A stretch of DNA of 64,000 nucleotides from an uncultured bacterium. GTDB taxonomy: Bacteria; Cyanobacteriota; Cyanobacteriia; Cyanobacteriales; JAABRE01. The notes under the pieces are model-generated. The model searched no databases, was not told the origin of the DNA, and worked only from the letters and a program-made list of their open reading frames with translations. The stretch lies in contig CAYPSO010000008.1 of the NCBI GenBank assembly GCA_964413275.1, positions 4,565 through 68,564 of the forward strand. The letters are read 5' to 3'. Positions 10,053 to 20,271 of the stretch are shown piece by piece (positions within the stretch are counted from its first letter, which is position 1; each line of letters begins with the position of its first letter). The translations under genes were made by a program, and so were the position numbers.

Positions 10053-10151
10053 TTTTTTAATTAAATGAACTACAAAAATTAAAATGTAGGGTGCGTCAGA
10101 CAGATAAATTATCGATAAATTCATATTACTGAAAAATCTGACGCACCCTAC
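10044..10151. mobile_element. MITE-like element, family B (termini TAGGGTGCGTCAGA...TCTGACGCACCCTA)
   Basis: A second copy of the about 65-bp core is at 50539..50604. The flank AATTAAATGAACTACAAAAA is also shared, but inverted relative to the core. Confidence 0.7.
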
Positions 10152-10247
10152 TGGACTGTTTCAACTAAAATAGGGCAATAGATTGTCTTTATGATTTGGT
10201 GGGCATTGCCCACCCTACTAATGCACACTTTTAACTGAAACAGTCCA
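10152..10247. mobile_element. MITE-like element, family C (TGGACTGTTTCA...TGAAACAGTCCA), carrying an inner GGTGGGCATTGCCCACCCTAC hairpin
   Basis: Inverted termini at 10153-10163 / 10236-10246. A partial copy of one arm is at 29289..29317. Confidence 0.6.
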
Positions 10248-10335
10248 CTACTACAATTATTGTGTTCTATTAACCTGAAAGCTGCTGTAAATAATTCAGA
10301 AACATCAAAAAATTTAGTACAGCTAGATAAAAGAT

Positions 10336-10719
10336 TTGAAAATGACATCTATTTTAGACTCCCAACCACAAATTATTAATCTTTCACCAAAGGAATTTAG
10401 TAAATTACCCAAGCCACCTCGATTAATTGATGTTCGCAGTAGTTTTGAATATTCTCTGTTTCATGCTCCAAACTCACTCAATATAAGTCTTCCCCGCATT
10501 TTGATCGGGAATACTTCTTGGCTGCGCCGTTGGTTTCTCCCTCAGTGGTTTCGAGAGTTACCAAAAGATGAACCCATTGCCCTAATTTGTCTTACATCTC
10601 ATCGCAGTCCAATTGCTGCCAAACAATTGGTAAAAGCTGGATTGACAAGAATTTACAATATTACTGGAGGCATGATGGCATGGCGAAAACTGGGGCTTCC
10701 TACTTGTAAAAGCAAATAA
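10336..10719 (+). CDS. single-domain rhodanese-like sulfurtransferase
   Basis: 127 aa; RLIDVRSSFEY and active-site loop ICLTSHRS (Cys-x4-Arg). Confidence 0.75.
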   Translation: MKMTSILDSQPQIINLSPKEFSKLPKPPRLIDVRSSFEYSLFHAPNSLNISLPRILIGNTSWLRRWFLPQWFRELPKDEPIALICLTSHRSPIAAKQLVKAGLTRIYNITGGMMAWRKLGLPTCKSK

Positions 10720-10752
10720 ATAAAATAACTTAATGAATAGGAATTTAAGCCC

Positions 10753-11739
10753 ATGTGGAAAATTTTATCCGCTCTGCAAAAAAATTTAGTTTGGTCTGTT
10801 CCCGCTTTTATGATTGCAGGGATTATCTTTGGTGCATTAATTAACGCAAGTTTTCTCAAAGCTGCAATTGTTCCCCTAACTTTTCTGATGGTTTATCCGA
10901 TGATGATTAACCTCCAGATTGCTAAAGTCTTTGCCGGGGGAGATTTTAAACTGCAAGCAATTACCCAATTGATTAACTTTGCCATTGTACCCTTTTTTGC
11001 TTTTGGCATTGGTAAGTTATTTTTTAGCGAGAGCCCCTTAGTTTTATTGGGATTGTTACTTACTTCCTTGCTTCCTACCAGTGGGATGACTATTTCTTGG
11101 ACAGGTTTTGCTAAAGGGAATCTCAATGCAGCGATTAAAATGACTGTAATTGGTTTAATAGCTGGTTCTTTGGCTACTCCCCTCTATGCCAAATTTTTGA
11201 TGGGTACAGTAGTGGAAATTCCTTTAGTTGAAGTGTTTAAGCAGATTGTAATTATTGTCTTTCTACCGATGCTATTGGGGTTTGTCACTAAACGAGTAAT
11301 TATCGCCACCGTCGGAGAGAGTAAATATAACAAAAATCTCAAGCAAAAGTTTCCTGTGTTTTCCACCATTGGTGTCTTAGGTATTGTCTTTGTCGCCATG
11401 GCACTGAAAGCCAAGTCAATTGTTTCTAATCCTGTGGAGATTTTATCTTTCTTTGTGCCGTTAATAATTATTTATGGCTTCAATTTTGTTTTAAGTACCT
11501 TGATTGGTAAAGCTTTATTTTCACGGGAAGATGCTATAGCTCTAGTTTATGGCACAGTAATGCGGAATCTTTCTATTGCTCTGGCGATCGCCATTACGGT
11601 ATTTGGTTCGGAAAAAGGCTCAGAAATCGCCTTAATTATTGCTATGGGGTATATCATTCAAGTTCAATCCGCCGCTTGGTACGTCAAGTTAACCGACAAA
11701 ATCTTTGGCGCACCTGCAATGGAAGCGCAACTTGAATAA
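10753..11739 (+). CDS. ACR3/bile-acid:Na+ symporter-superfamily permease, substrate unknown
   Basis: 328 aa with about 10 hydrophobic segments. Resembles arsenical-resistance/SBF-like carriers, but the ACR3 conserved Cys was not recognised. Confidence 0.55.
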   Translation: MWKILSALQKNLVWSVPAFMIAGIIFGALINASFLKAAIVPLTFLMVYPMMINLQIAKVFAGGDFKLQAITQLINFAIVPFFAFGIGKLFFSESPLVLLGLLLTSLLPTSGMTISWTGFAKGNLNAAIKMTVIGLIAGSLATPLYAKFLMGTVVEIPLVEVFKQIVIIVFLPMLLGFVTKRVIIATVGESKYNKNLKQKFPVFSTIGVLGIVFVAMALKAKSIVSNPVEILSFFVPLIIIYGFNFVLSTLIGKALFSREDAIALVYGTVMRNLSIALAIAITVFGSEKGSEIALIIAMGYIIQVQSAAWYVKLTDKIFGAPAMEAQLE

Positions 11740-11797
11740 ATTTATCTGGGAGTCAAAATAATGAGACATAAAACTCCTCGATGGCTCAATTGTAGAG

Positions 11798-12031
11798 TTG
11801 GAAACGGGACTTTTAGCAATGGGTTCTCGCTACCACCATACCTATCTTTCTAACTTTAATTTGGAAAAAGAAAGAGACTATCTAGTAACTGACAAAACCG
11901 GACGAACTTCTCATCCTCGGATTTTTGCCATTGGCGACCTCAAAGTAGGACTCAATCAAGTAGCGCGATCGCTCCTAAATATAGTCCTAGAGGAAATATT
12001 GGCTCTCCCATTGAAAATAAACAAACTTTAA
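11798..12031 (+). pseudogene. C-terminal fragment of an FAD-dependent pyridine nucleotide-disulfide (thioredoxin-reductase-like) oxidoreductase
   Basis: Only about 77 codons; DYLVTDKTGRTSHPRIFAIGD is the C-terminal FAD motif region of TrxR-like enzymes. No N-terminal domain upstream. Confidence 0.5.
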
Positions 12032-12123
12032 GGAGTCGCTTTCGTCGGTTAGTTTGGACTGAAACCCCCACTGAGGTTATACCATTCGTATATGTAACTG
12101 GAACAATTCCTCGACATCATCCT

Positions 12124-12504
12124 TTGGAAAATACAGGGGGAGCGTTTTGGCATAATTGCGAACATACACAAGTCGATCCTCTGTTGGACGATCAAGCTTT
12201 GTATCTACAAGTACCTGAAGGTATAGTAGTTATCTTAGGCTGCGCTCATGCAGGAGTAATTAACACCCTGGACTATATTGCCAAAATTACAGATACAAAC
12301 AAGTTTTATGCAGTCATAGGTGGTATGCACTTGTTAAAAGCAAATCAGGAACGTTTAGAAGCTACAGTTGAAACTCTGACTAAATATGATGTTCAATTAA
12401 TCGCGGCAAATCACTGTACGGGGATGAAAGCGATGACCTTTTTGTGGCACAAATTGAAGGAACGTTGTCTGGATTGTCATGTAGGTACTCAACTAAAGTT
12501 TTAA
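12124..12504 (+). pseudogene. C-terminal fragment of an MBL-fold metallo-hydrolase (COG1237-like)
   Basis: 126 aa, VVILGCAHAGVINTLDY...GGMHL...ANHCTG. The N-terminal HxHxDH half is missing. Confidence 0.5.
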
Positions 12505-12842
12505 ACTTTATTGTTAATTGAGCCTATTTTACTTTTACTACCTTCAAGATACTGCCATTGGCGATCGCCTGAATTTCTCCTTTAGCTAGGGGAATCCAGT
12601 TTTCGTTAGTCTAAACTACAGAAAAATCGGATATAGATTGTGATTTGGCAAGGGATTTAGTTAAGTTTTATTGTAAGTTTGCTGCCAGAATTAACAATAA
12701 TTATCAACATCTAAAAGCTAATTTTATTTCTCATCTGGAAGATAAAGGATATAAATTTTCTCAAGGAATGTAAAATAATTGTTGTTACCTTGTCTTAAAG
12801 TTAGAATTAAAGGTCGCAGATTATTAAAATTAGAGGAAAACT

Positions 12843-14294
12843 GTGACAGTTAGAGTTAGAATCGCTCCTAGTCCAACAGGCAATTTACATATCGGTACAG
12901 CGAGAACTGCTGTATTTAACTGGCTTTTTGCCCGTAATCGTGGTGGTCAGTTTATTTTAAGGGTAGAAGATACGGATTTAGAACGCTCTCGCCCAGAATA
13001 TACGGAAAATATTAAATCTGGTTTAACTTGGTTGGGTTTAACTTGGGATGAAGGGCCATTTTTTCAGACTCAAAGACTTGACTTATATAAACAAGCAATT
13101 CAAACCTTATTAGATAAAGATTTAGCCTATCGTTGCTATTGCACCCCAGAAGAATTAGAACAAATGCGAGCAACTCAACAAGCAAAAGGACAAGCTCCCC
13201 GCTACGATAATCGTCATCGTAATCTAACTCCTGAAGATGAGGCGAGTTTAAAGGCTGAAGGTAGAAAACCAGTAATTAGGTTTAAAATTGACGATCATCA
13301 AAATATTGTCTGGAATGATGCCATTAGGGGTACAGTCACTTGGAAAGGCAGCGATTTAGGGGGAGATATGGTTATTGCCCGTACTCCTGAAAGTGATACT
13401 GAGGCATTTGGTCAACCTTTATATAATCTAGCTGTAGTCGTCGATGATATAGACATGAATATTACCCACGTTATTCGTGGTGAGGATCATATTGCCAATA
13501 CAGCAAAGCAAATTTTACTTTATCAAGCTTTAGGGGCTAAAGTGCCAGAATTTGCCCACACTCCTCTAATCTTAAGTAAAACCGGACAGAAATTATCAAA
13601 AAGGGATGGAGTAACATCCATTGATGACTTTAGGAAAATGGGTTTTTTACCTGAAGCATTGGCTAATTATATGTCTCTTTTGGGTTGGACTCCTCCTGAT
13701 GCTACTGAAGAAATATTTACTCTTGCAGAAGCAGCCGAAAAGTTTAGTTTAGATAGGGTGAATAAGGCTGGAGCTAAATTTGATTGGGATAAACTTGACT
13801 GGATTAATAGTCAGTATCTCCATAAAATACCCGCTCCAGAATTAGTGGAATTATTAGTACCCTATTGGCAAGAAGCAGGTTATCAAGTCGATATAGAAAA
13901 CGATCGCCCTTGGCTAGAAAATCTTACAGCTTTGATTACTCCTAGTTTAACTCGTCTAGCTGATGCACCTTCAGAAAGTCGTTTGTTATTAACAGAGGTT
14001 AATTATAGTGAAGATGCGATCGCACTTTTAAAACAAGAAGGAGTTAGGGACATTATTAAATCGGTTTTAGAAGCACTTTCTAGTCAAGAAAATTTCACAG
14101 AGGAGGAAGCCAAACAAATAATTAATCAAGTTACTAAAGCGAATAACCTTAAAAAAGGTTTAGTAATGCGATCGCTTAGAGGTGCTTTAATGGGTGAATT
14201 AAGCGGGCCAGATTTGATTCAATCTTGGTTATTATTGAACAAAAAACATGAAGATAAAAATCGTTTTCAACAAGCTTTAAACGCTATTACTTAG
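12843..14294 (+). CDS. gltX: glutamate--tRNA ligase
   Basis: 483 aa, GTG start. HIGH-type [11 protein letters not shown] and KMSKS-type KLSKRDG motifs. Confidence 0.95.
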   Translation: MTVRVRIAPSPTGNLHIGTARTAVFNWLFARNRGGQFILRVEDTDLERSRPEYTENIKSGLTWLGLTWDEGPFFQTQRLDLYKQAIQTLLDKDLAYRCYCTPEELEQMRATQQAKGQAPRYDNRHRNLTPEDEASLKAEGRKPVIRFKIDDHQNIVWNDAIRGTVTWKGSDLGGDMVIARTPESDTEAFGQPLYNLAVVVDDIDMNITHVIRGEDHIANTAKQILLYQALGAKVPEFAHTPLILSKTGQKLSKRDGVTSIDDFRKMGFLPEALANYMSLLGWTPPDATEEIFTLAEAAEKFSLDRVNKAGAKFDWDKLDWINSQYLHKIPAPELVELLVPYWQEAGYQVDIENDRPWLENLTALITPSLTRLADAPSESRLLLTEVNYSEDAIALLKQEGVRDIIKSVLEALSSQENFTEEEAKQIINQVTKANNLKKGLVMRSLRGALMGELSGPDLIQSWLLLNKKHEDKNRFQQALNAIT

Positions 14295-14323
14295 ATTAAT
14301 AAGTACCCCGAATAAAATTAATG

Positions 14324-14344
14324 GTAGGGTGGGCAATGCCCACC
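14324..14344. repeat. short hairpin form of MITE family A (GTAGGGTGGGCAATGCCCACC)
   Basis: Stem GGTGGGC/GCCCACC, 30 nt downstream of the gltX stop. Same motif at 33552, 60106 and 10198. Confidence 0.7.
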
Positions 14345-14563
14345 AAAAGGTTTTTGTTTAATTAATTTTATGTAACTATTTACTAGGGGCGATTATAATT
14401 CATAAATGTCAATTTTAAAAAAAATAATATGTAGTTCTATTTTGGTTATAAACATAATTTTTTTAGAGAGAGAAAAGTTTATAAATCATTTATAAACGCT
14501 ATATATATCAAAACTAAGATTTGCTCCTACTCCAAATCATAACTTTTACTTCTATAATTTATA

Positions 14564-16876
14564 GTGAATTACTACCATCAAAAACGTTTAAAAATTAATA
14601 TTCAAGGTGTAGTTCAAGGTGTCGGTTTTCGCCCTTTTATCTATCGTTTAGCTAGTGAATTAACTTTAACAGGATGGGTTAATAATTCGGCTCAAGGTGT
14701 AAATATTGAAGTAGAAGGAAAAACTGAAACTTTAAATACATTTCTCCATCGTCTTGAACGGGAAAAACCACCCCATTCTTTAATTCAAAATTTGCAAATT
14801 ACTTGGCTAGAACCTTTAGGCTATCAAGACTTTACCATTCGGGCTAGTGTTGCTGGTGAATTAACTGCCCTTATATCTGCTGATATGGCTACTTGTGCTG
14901 ATTGTTTACAAGAAATTTTTAATCCTAACCATCGTCGCTATCGCTATCCTTTTACTAATTGCACTCACTGTGGCCCTCGTTATACCATAATTGAAGCATT
15001 ACCCTACGATCGCCCCTACACTACCATGAAAACATTCTCCATGTGTCGGGAATGTCAACAGGAATATCAAAATCCCCTTAATCGCCGTTTTCATGCTCAA
15101 CCCAACGCCTGTGCTAAGTGCGGGCCAAAACTAGAATTTTGGGATCAAAATGAACAATTAATTGATAATTCTGAAGATGCTTTAATCGCTACTGTCAAAG
15201 CAATTCGTCAGGGTCAAATTATGGCAATTAAAGGATTAGGAGGCTTTCATTTAGTAGTTGATGCCACGAACCAAAAAGCCGTGCAACGTTTGCGTCAACG
15301 GAAACAGCGTCTAGATAAACCCTTTGCGCTGATGTATCCTCATCTAGATTTAATTAAACAGCATTGCCAAGTTTCAGCACTAGAAGAAAAATTATTGCTA
15401 TCGCCCATTGCTCCTATTGTTTTACTCTATCGTCATAATTTTAAAGCTTTAAGTACCGCAGTTGCGCCGAATAATCCTTATTTGGGTGTTATGCTTCCCT
15501 ATACTCCTTTACATCATCTTTTGCTTTCAGAATTGGCTTTTCCTGTGGTTGCCACTAGCGGGAATTTAGCAGGTGAGCCGATTTGTATTGACGAACAAGA
15601 AGCACAAAAACGTCTTGCAACCATTGCCGATGGTTTTTTAGTTCACAATCGCCCGATTTTGCGCCCTGTAGATGATTCTATTGTCAGAGTTATGGGAGGA
15701 CGTACCATGATTTTAAGACGGGCTAGAGGCTATGCACCTTTACCTATTGCCCTAAATTTAGGCGGGGAAAATTTACCTGATTCTATGCTTGCGGTGGGAG
15801 CACACCTAAAAAATGCGATCGCCATTTTACATAAAAAACAAGTTTTTCTTAGTCAATATTTAGGTGACTTGGAAACTCCTCAAAGTTTAAATAATTTTGA
15901 AAAAACGATTACCAGTCTAAGTAAATTATATGAACTTAAACCAAAAACAGTTGTCTGCGATGGCCATCCTGACTATTTTTCTACTCAATACGCTCAAAAC
16001 CTTGATATTCCATGTGTTCAAGTACAACATCACCACGCCCATATCCTCTCCTGTATGGCAGAAAATCAACTTTTAGGAGAAAGGGTTTTAGGTATAGCTT
16101 GGGATGGTACGGGATACGGATTAGACGGTACTATTTGGGGAGGAGAATTTTTCGGTGTCTCAACATCTGGCTCAATACAAAGAATTGCCCATTTAAAACC
16201 TTTTTTACTCCCAGGGGGAAATTTAGCAATTAAAGAACCTCGGCGGGTGGCTCTAGGCTTACTTTACGAGATTTTTGGTGATAATTTCTTGAGCGAGTCT
16301 CAATTGCAACCTTGGTTAAAAATTTTTGCGAGCCAAGAATTAAAAATTTTCCCCACTATGTTTAGTAAGAAGCTCAATACCTCTGTGACTTCTAGTATGG
16401 GAAGACTATTTGATGGAGTTGCTGCCTTAGTTAATTTATGTCACAAAGCTACTTTTGAAGGACAAGCAGCCATGCAATTGGAATTTGCTTTAGATGGTAT
16501 TAAAACTGATGATTATTATCACTTTGAATTATTAACTAAAACCGAGATAATCGAAATTGATTGGCAACCTATAATATTAAATATTCTTGAAGATATTCAA
16601 AAAAATATCTCAGTAGGGATTATTTCCGCTAAATTTCACAATAGTTTAATTGAAATAATTATAGCGATCGCCCATAAAATAAAAATAGATAAAATAGTAT
16701 TATCAGGGGGATGCTGGCAAAATAAATATTTATGCGATCGCACCATTCAAGCTCTAAACCAAGAAGGTTTTCAACCCTATTGGCATCAACTTGTACCTCC
16801 CAATGATGGCGGTATATCCCTTGGGCAGATTGTTGCCGCAGCTATGGAAATTAAACAAACAAGAAATAACAAATAA
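14564..16876 (+). CDS. hypF: [NiFe]-hydrogenase maturation carbamoyltransferase HypF
   Basis: 770 aa, GTG start. Acylphosphatase-like VQGVGFRPFIYRLA. Two zinc-finger pairs (CADC...CTHCGPRY; CRECQQEY...CAKCGP). YrdC-like and Kae1-like C-terminal regions. Confidence 0.95.
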   Translation: MNYYHQKRLKINIQGVVQGVGFRPFIYRLASELTLTGWVNNSAQGVNIEVEGKTETLNTFLHRLEREKPPHSLIQNLQITWLEPLGYQDFTIRASVAGELTALISADMATCADCLQEIFNPNHRRYRYPFTNCTHCGPRYTIIEALPYDRPYTTMKTFSMCRECQQEYQNPLNRRFHAQPNACAKCGPKLEFWDQNEQLIDNSEDALIATVKAIRQGQIMAIKGLGGFHLVVDATNQKAVQRLRQRKQRLDKPFALMYPHLDLIKQHCQVSALEEKLLLSPIAPIVLLYRHNFKALSTAVAPNNPYLGVMLPYTPLHHLLLSELAFPVVATSGNLAGEPICIDEQEAQKRLATIADGFLVHNRPILRPVDDSIVRVMGGRTMILRRARGYAPLPIALNLGGENLPDSMLAVGAHLKNAIAILHKKQVFLSQYLGDLETPQSLNNFEKTITSLSKLYELKPKTVVCDGHPDYFSTQYAQNLDIPCVQVQHHHAHILSCMAENQLLGERVLGIAWDGTGYGLDGTIWGGEFFGVSTSGSIQRIAHLKPFLLPGGNLAIKEPRRVALGLLYEIFGDNFLSESQLQPWLKIFASQELKIFPTMFSKKLNTSVTSSMGRLFDGVAALVNLCHKATFEGQAAMQLEFALDGIKTDDYYHFELLTKTEIIEIDWQPIILNILEDIQKNISVGIISAKFHNSLIEIIIAIAHKIKIDKIVLSGGCWQNKYLCDRTIQALNQEGFQPYWHQLVPPNDGGISLGQIVAAAMEIKQTRNNK

Positions 16877-16882
16877 CGAATT

Positions 16883-17107
16883 ATGTGTTTAGCAATTCCG
16901 GGTAAAATTCTTAGTATTACAGGGGAAGATTCTCTTTATCGAACAGGTAAAGTTAGTTTTGGTGGTGCAGTAAAAGAAATTAGTCTTGCTTATGTGCCAG
17001 AAGCTAAAGTAGGGGATTATGCGATTGTTCATGTTGGTTTTGCCCTTAGTATTGTCGATGAGGAAGAAGCAAAACAAACTTTAGAAGCTATTAATCAAGT
17101 CTTATAA
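16883..17107 (+). CDS. hypC: hydrogenase assembly chaperone HypC/HupF
   Basis: 74 aa; N-terminal MCLAIPGKI with the essential Cys2. Confidence 0.9.
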   Translation: MCLAIPGKILSITGEDSLYRTGKVSFGGAVKEISLAYVPEAKVGDYAIVHVGFALSIVDEEEAKQTLEAINQVL

Positions 17108-17161
17108 CTTTTAGTAGTAAGGGATTAGCAAACAAATGATATACCAGTTTATCTATTTTTT

Positions 17162-17224
17162 GGTGGGCAAAATATGCTTTGAGAATATCCGGTAAACTCG
17201 ATCTATCGGTTTTGGCCACCCTAC
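17162..17224. mobile_element. MITE-like element, family A (GGTGGGCAAA...TTTGGCCACCCTAC)
   Basis: Inverted termini with an about 40-bp AT-rich interior; lies between hypC and the amylase gene. Confidence 0.6.
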
Positions 17225-17256
17225 TTTAAGTGGTACTTTATTTAACCGCAATTTCC

Positions 17257-17294
17257 TAAGCCCTTTAGGGCTTATATAGAGGACTTTAGTCCTC
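17257..17294. terminator. two adjacent palindromes (TAAGCCCTTTAGGGCTTA; GAGGACTTTAGTCCTC) between convergent genes
   Basis: Perfect stems. The first palindrome recurs at 41457..41474, also between convergent genes. Confidence 0.5.
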
Positions 17295-17318
17295 ACTACA
17301 AACTTATAAAAATACTTA

Positions 17319-18803
17319 CTAATCAGTTGATTGTGGCACCCATACAGAAACTGAACCTGCTAAACAAGAAAATTCTGCCCAACCTTCATCATTAGTAACA
17401 ACTGGTTCATCAATGTGTTCGGTAATATCAATATAAGTTTGGTTAGGTTGACCTACTTCCATCCATTTAGTACCAGCATCGCCATTACTTAATACTACAG
17501 CCATTCCCCCCGGATGTTCTTCATCACCGAGTCTTGTCCAACCAATAGTATTACTATGATCGAAATAATCATATTGATCGCCAAAAGCATATTCTTGACG
17601 GGCAAATAAAAATTTATCAATAATCCATTGATGCTTATCCATCCAAATTTCGTACTCTTGTCCATCTCTTCCCCTATCTTTATAGTGCGCGCCATAGTAA
17701 TCGGCATAAAAGATGCAAGGATAACCATCTCTTCTTAATAAAATTAAGGCGTAAGCTAAAGGTTTAAACCAACCTTCAACTACAGATTCTAAAGATTGCA
17801 AAGGTTGAGAATCATGATTTTCAACTAAAGTAACGGCTAAAGCTGGTTGCTGTTTTACTAATGTGCCGTCAAATATCTGACGCATATCGAAATTATTACC
17901 TGTCTTACTAGCCTCAGTAAAGTTATAGTGTAAGGGGGTATCAAATAAGGCAATGTCCCCACCAGTAACATCAATAAAATGATGTAAAGCTTCAATATGA
18001 TTTGACCAATATTCACCCACTGCAAATAACTTTTTGCCAGCATGATGGCGAACATGATTTAGCCATTCGGGAAAGAATCCTGCTTTAACGTGCTTGACAG
18101 CATCGAAGCGAAAACCATCCACATTAGTAGTTTTGATATACCATTCACCCCAATATTTAAGTTCTCCCCTTACTTCAGGATGTTCCATATCTAAATCGCA
18201 ACCCATTAAATAATCAAAAGAGCCTTGTTCTAAATCTACTTGTTGGTCAAAACCTTTATCTTTAAATAAATAAATTGCATTAGCATCTCCGTCATAAGCA
18301 TTATAGTCAACAGCATCAAAATGCCACCAATGCCACTCCAGACTAGAATACTTACCTTTACGCCCCGGAAAGGTAAAGTGCGTCCATACCTTAACTTTTT
18401 GTAAATCTCCTATAGGCTCATGGCGGTTATTAGGGTTAAAAGGAGTAGCTTCTACCTCTTCTTCTTCATCGCCACCGAGTTTATGATTTAAAACCACATC
18501 TGCATAGATGTGAATACCATTTTTTTGAGCTATTTTAACTGCATTAATATATTCTTCTTTTGTCCCGTATTTGGTTCTTACCGAACCTTTTTGGTCAAAT
18601 TCCCCTAAATCAAACATATCATAAACGCCGTATCCCACATCATAGCCACCAGCAGTACCTTTATAGGCTGGGGGTAGCCATACAGCAGTAACACCCACTT
18701 TAGCTAAATCTTCGGCATTTTTAGCTAATTCATTCCACAGGCTACCATCGGCTTCATTATACCAGTGGAAATACTGCATCATAACACCATTAAATTCTGA
18801 CAT
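17319..18803 (-). CDS. cytoplasmic GH13 alpha-amylase
   Basis: 494 aa, no signal peptide. MMQYFHWY start; GH13 regions DVVLNH, GFRFDAVKH, EYW and VENHD. Confidence 0.9.
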   Translation of the reverse strand: MSEFNGVMMQYFHWYNEADGSLWNELAKNAEDLAKVGVTAVWLPPAYKGTAGGYDVGYGVYDMFDLGEFDQKGSVRTKYGTKEEYINAVKIAQKNGIHIYADVVLNHKLGGDEEEEVEATPFNPNNRHEPIGDLQKVKVWTHFTFPGRKGKYSSLEWHWWHFDAVDYNAYDGDANAIYLFKDKGFDQQVDLEQGSFDYLMGCDLDMEHPEVRGELKYWGEWYIKTTNVDGFRFDAVKHVKAGFFPEWLNHVRHHAGKKLFAVGEYWSNHIEALHHFIDVTGGDIALFDTPLHYNFTEASKTGNNFDMRQIFDGTLVKQQPALAVTLVENHDSQPLQSLESVVEGWFKPLAYALILLRRDGYPCIFYADYYGAHYKDRGRDGQEYEIWMDKHQWIIDKFLFARQEYAFGDQYDYFDHSNTIGWTRLGDEEHPGGMAVVLSNGDAGTKWMEVGQPNQTYIDITEHIDEPVVTNDEGWAEFSCLAGSVSVWVPQSTD

Positions 18804-18892
18804 ATTAGAACTCCTGTTATTGGAAATTAAATAGTTATGCGTGATGTCACTTTAAAAAATTTTGGCTCTGTGAGTTTGAGTATGATAAATTA

Positions 18893-19186
18893 CTAGCAAA
18901 AATGCCAGTGTAATAGAACTATTCTTCTGAAATTATCGAAGTTAGTTAAACCATAAGCATTTCTTTTAATTAACTTAATTTTCTGATTAATTCCTTCCAC
19001 TACTCCTTGAGTTGTCCTATTATCAAAATAGGCCACAATTTCATCAATCCATCTTCTTATTGTCTTACAACTTTTGGGGAAATATTTATGTGCTTTTTCT
19101 GTCCATTCTATTAACTTATAAAAGGCCTCATCACTACTTATTTCCTCTTCATATATTTCCCTTAGTTTTTCTTTATGTTCATACAT
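18893..19186 (-). mobile_element. ISL3-family transposase, C-terminal fragment only
   Basis: 97 aa ending TTQGVVEGINQKIKLIKRNAYGLTNFDNFRRIVLLHW, the typical ISL3 C-terminus. The catalytic N-terminal part is absent. Confidence 0.6.
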
Positions 19187-19273
19187 TTAAAGTTCAGGAT
19201 TAGATGGCATATTTATTAAATCTTAATATTGCAAAATGTATATCCTATTATATAGTAGTACAAAATAAAGTTC

Positions 19274-19546
19274 TTATTTCATGACACATTCAGCTTTAGC
19301 CTTAGCAATGGCAATCATTTTTGAGGAAATATCGATCGCCCGAATATGCTTAACGTAGGGAGCATGAATCAGAGCAGTTGAGCCAGTACCACAGCCAAAC
19401 TCTAACACTTCCATCTCTGGCTGTAAATACCCCCGTGTCACCTCTAATTTTTTCTGATAAGATGCCTCATCGGCAATAGGTTGTTTGGAGTATTTTTCGG
19501 CAATTTTATCCCAAAATTTAGATGAAGTTGTCATAAAATCCTCCAT
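19274..19546 (-). pseudogene. class I SAM-dependent methyltransferase, N-terminal fragment
   Basis: 90 aa with motif I VLEFGCGTG and post-I IRAIDIS. It ends right after that, abutting the transposase fragment. Confidence 0.55.
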
Positions 19547-20015
19547 AATTAATTTTTATAGAATTAACTTAAATTTTCTGCTTGTACCACCATTAAGAAG
19601 AGTAAATAATTATCCGCAGAGAGATAATTTCTATAAGGGCAAAAAATATGTATCAGCGATCACATTTAAACTATTGACACTCTCACCGTCAAGCTGACGC
19701 TATGATGGGAGATTCTTGCGGATTTCAGATTGCCTCTTAACTAGGCTTCGACTATTGCTAATCTTGCCCCCGTCAGATCGACTCCACAAGCTTTTTATGT
19801 TCTTGGTGTCTTTCCAAGACACGGACTGCCCGGCCGCGAAAGTATCAAACGTTCTAATCCTTCAAAGTTTTACCTAAACAAGGATTTGTGTTTAGAACCC
19901 CATACTTTGACTATTTAGTTGTCATGGTACTTTGTTTTTTTTGTTTACTTACCCGGCCTACATTACTGGTTACTCGGTATAATAACTGTTGTACATCATA
20001 TTTAATGTACTGTCA

Positions 20016-20228
20016 ATGGTTAGAAAGATTCAATTCACTCTACGGTTAACAGAAGATGAAAAATCAAGACTTGCTTACTATGCAAGATGCAAAAATGTTA
20101 GTATGTCAGAGGTTATACAAGACTACTGCAAACGATTGCCCAAACCACCAAGTAAAGCGGAGCGCCGAGGCGGCTTTGAAAGCCGCTTCTCGCCGCACCA
20201 AGAAGAAGAAAAAGACTCGTTAAATTAA
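20016..20228 (+). CDS. ribbon-helix-helix protein (MobC/CopG-like)
   Basis: Likely start at ATG 20016 (MVRKIQFTLRLTEDEKSRLAYYARCKNVSMSEVIQDY), a typical RHH beta-strand plus two helices, followed by a basic/acidic tail. Confidence 0.5.
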   Translation: MVRKIQFTLRLTEDEKSRLAYYARCKNVSMSEVIQDYCKRLPKPPSKAERRGGFESRFSPHQEEEKDSLN

Positions 20229-20271
20229 TCATTTAACTTCGCTTTTAGTTTATTAGTTCTATCTTTTATGG

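Noticed and set aside
10148-10348. 66-aa minus-strand ORF
   Set aside because: It lies entirely across the nested MITE elements and the rhodanese upstream region, so it is a repeat-derived ORF.
14564-17107. hypF-hypC without hypD/hypE or hydrogenase structural genes as an anomaly
   Set aside because: hyp genes are commonly scattered in cyanobacterial genomes, and both genes look intact and ordinary.
16012-18055. Internal ORFs 16012..16233, 16889..17077, 17495..17728, 17858..18055
   Set aside because: They are alternative-frame or antisense ORFs inside hypF, hypC and the alpha-amylase gene, with no independent support.
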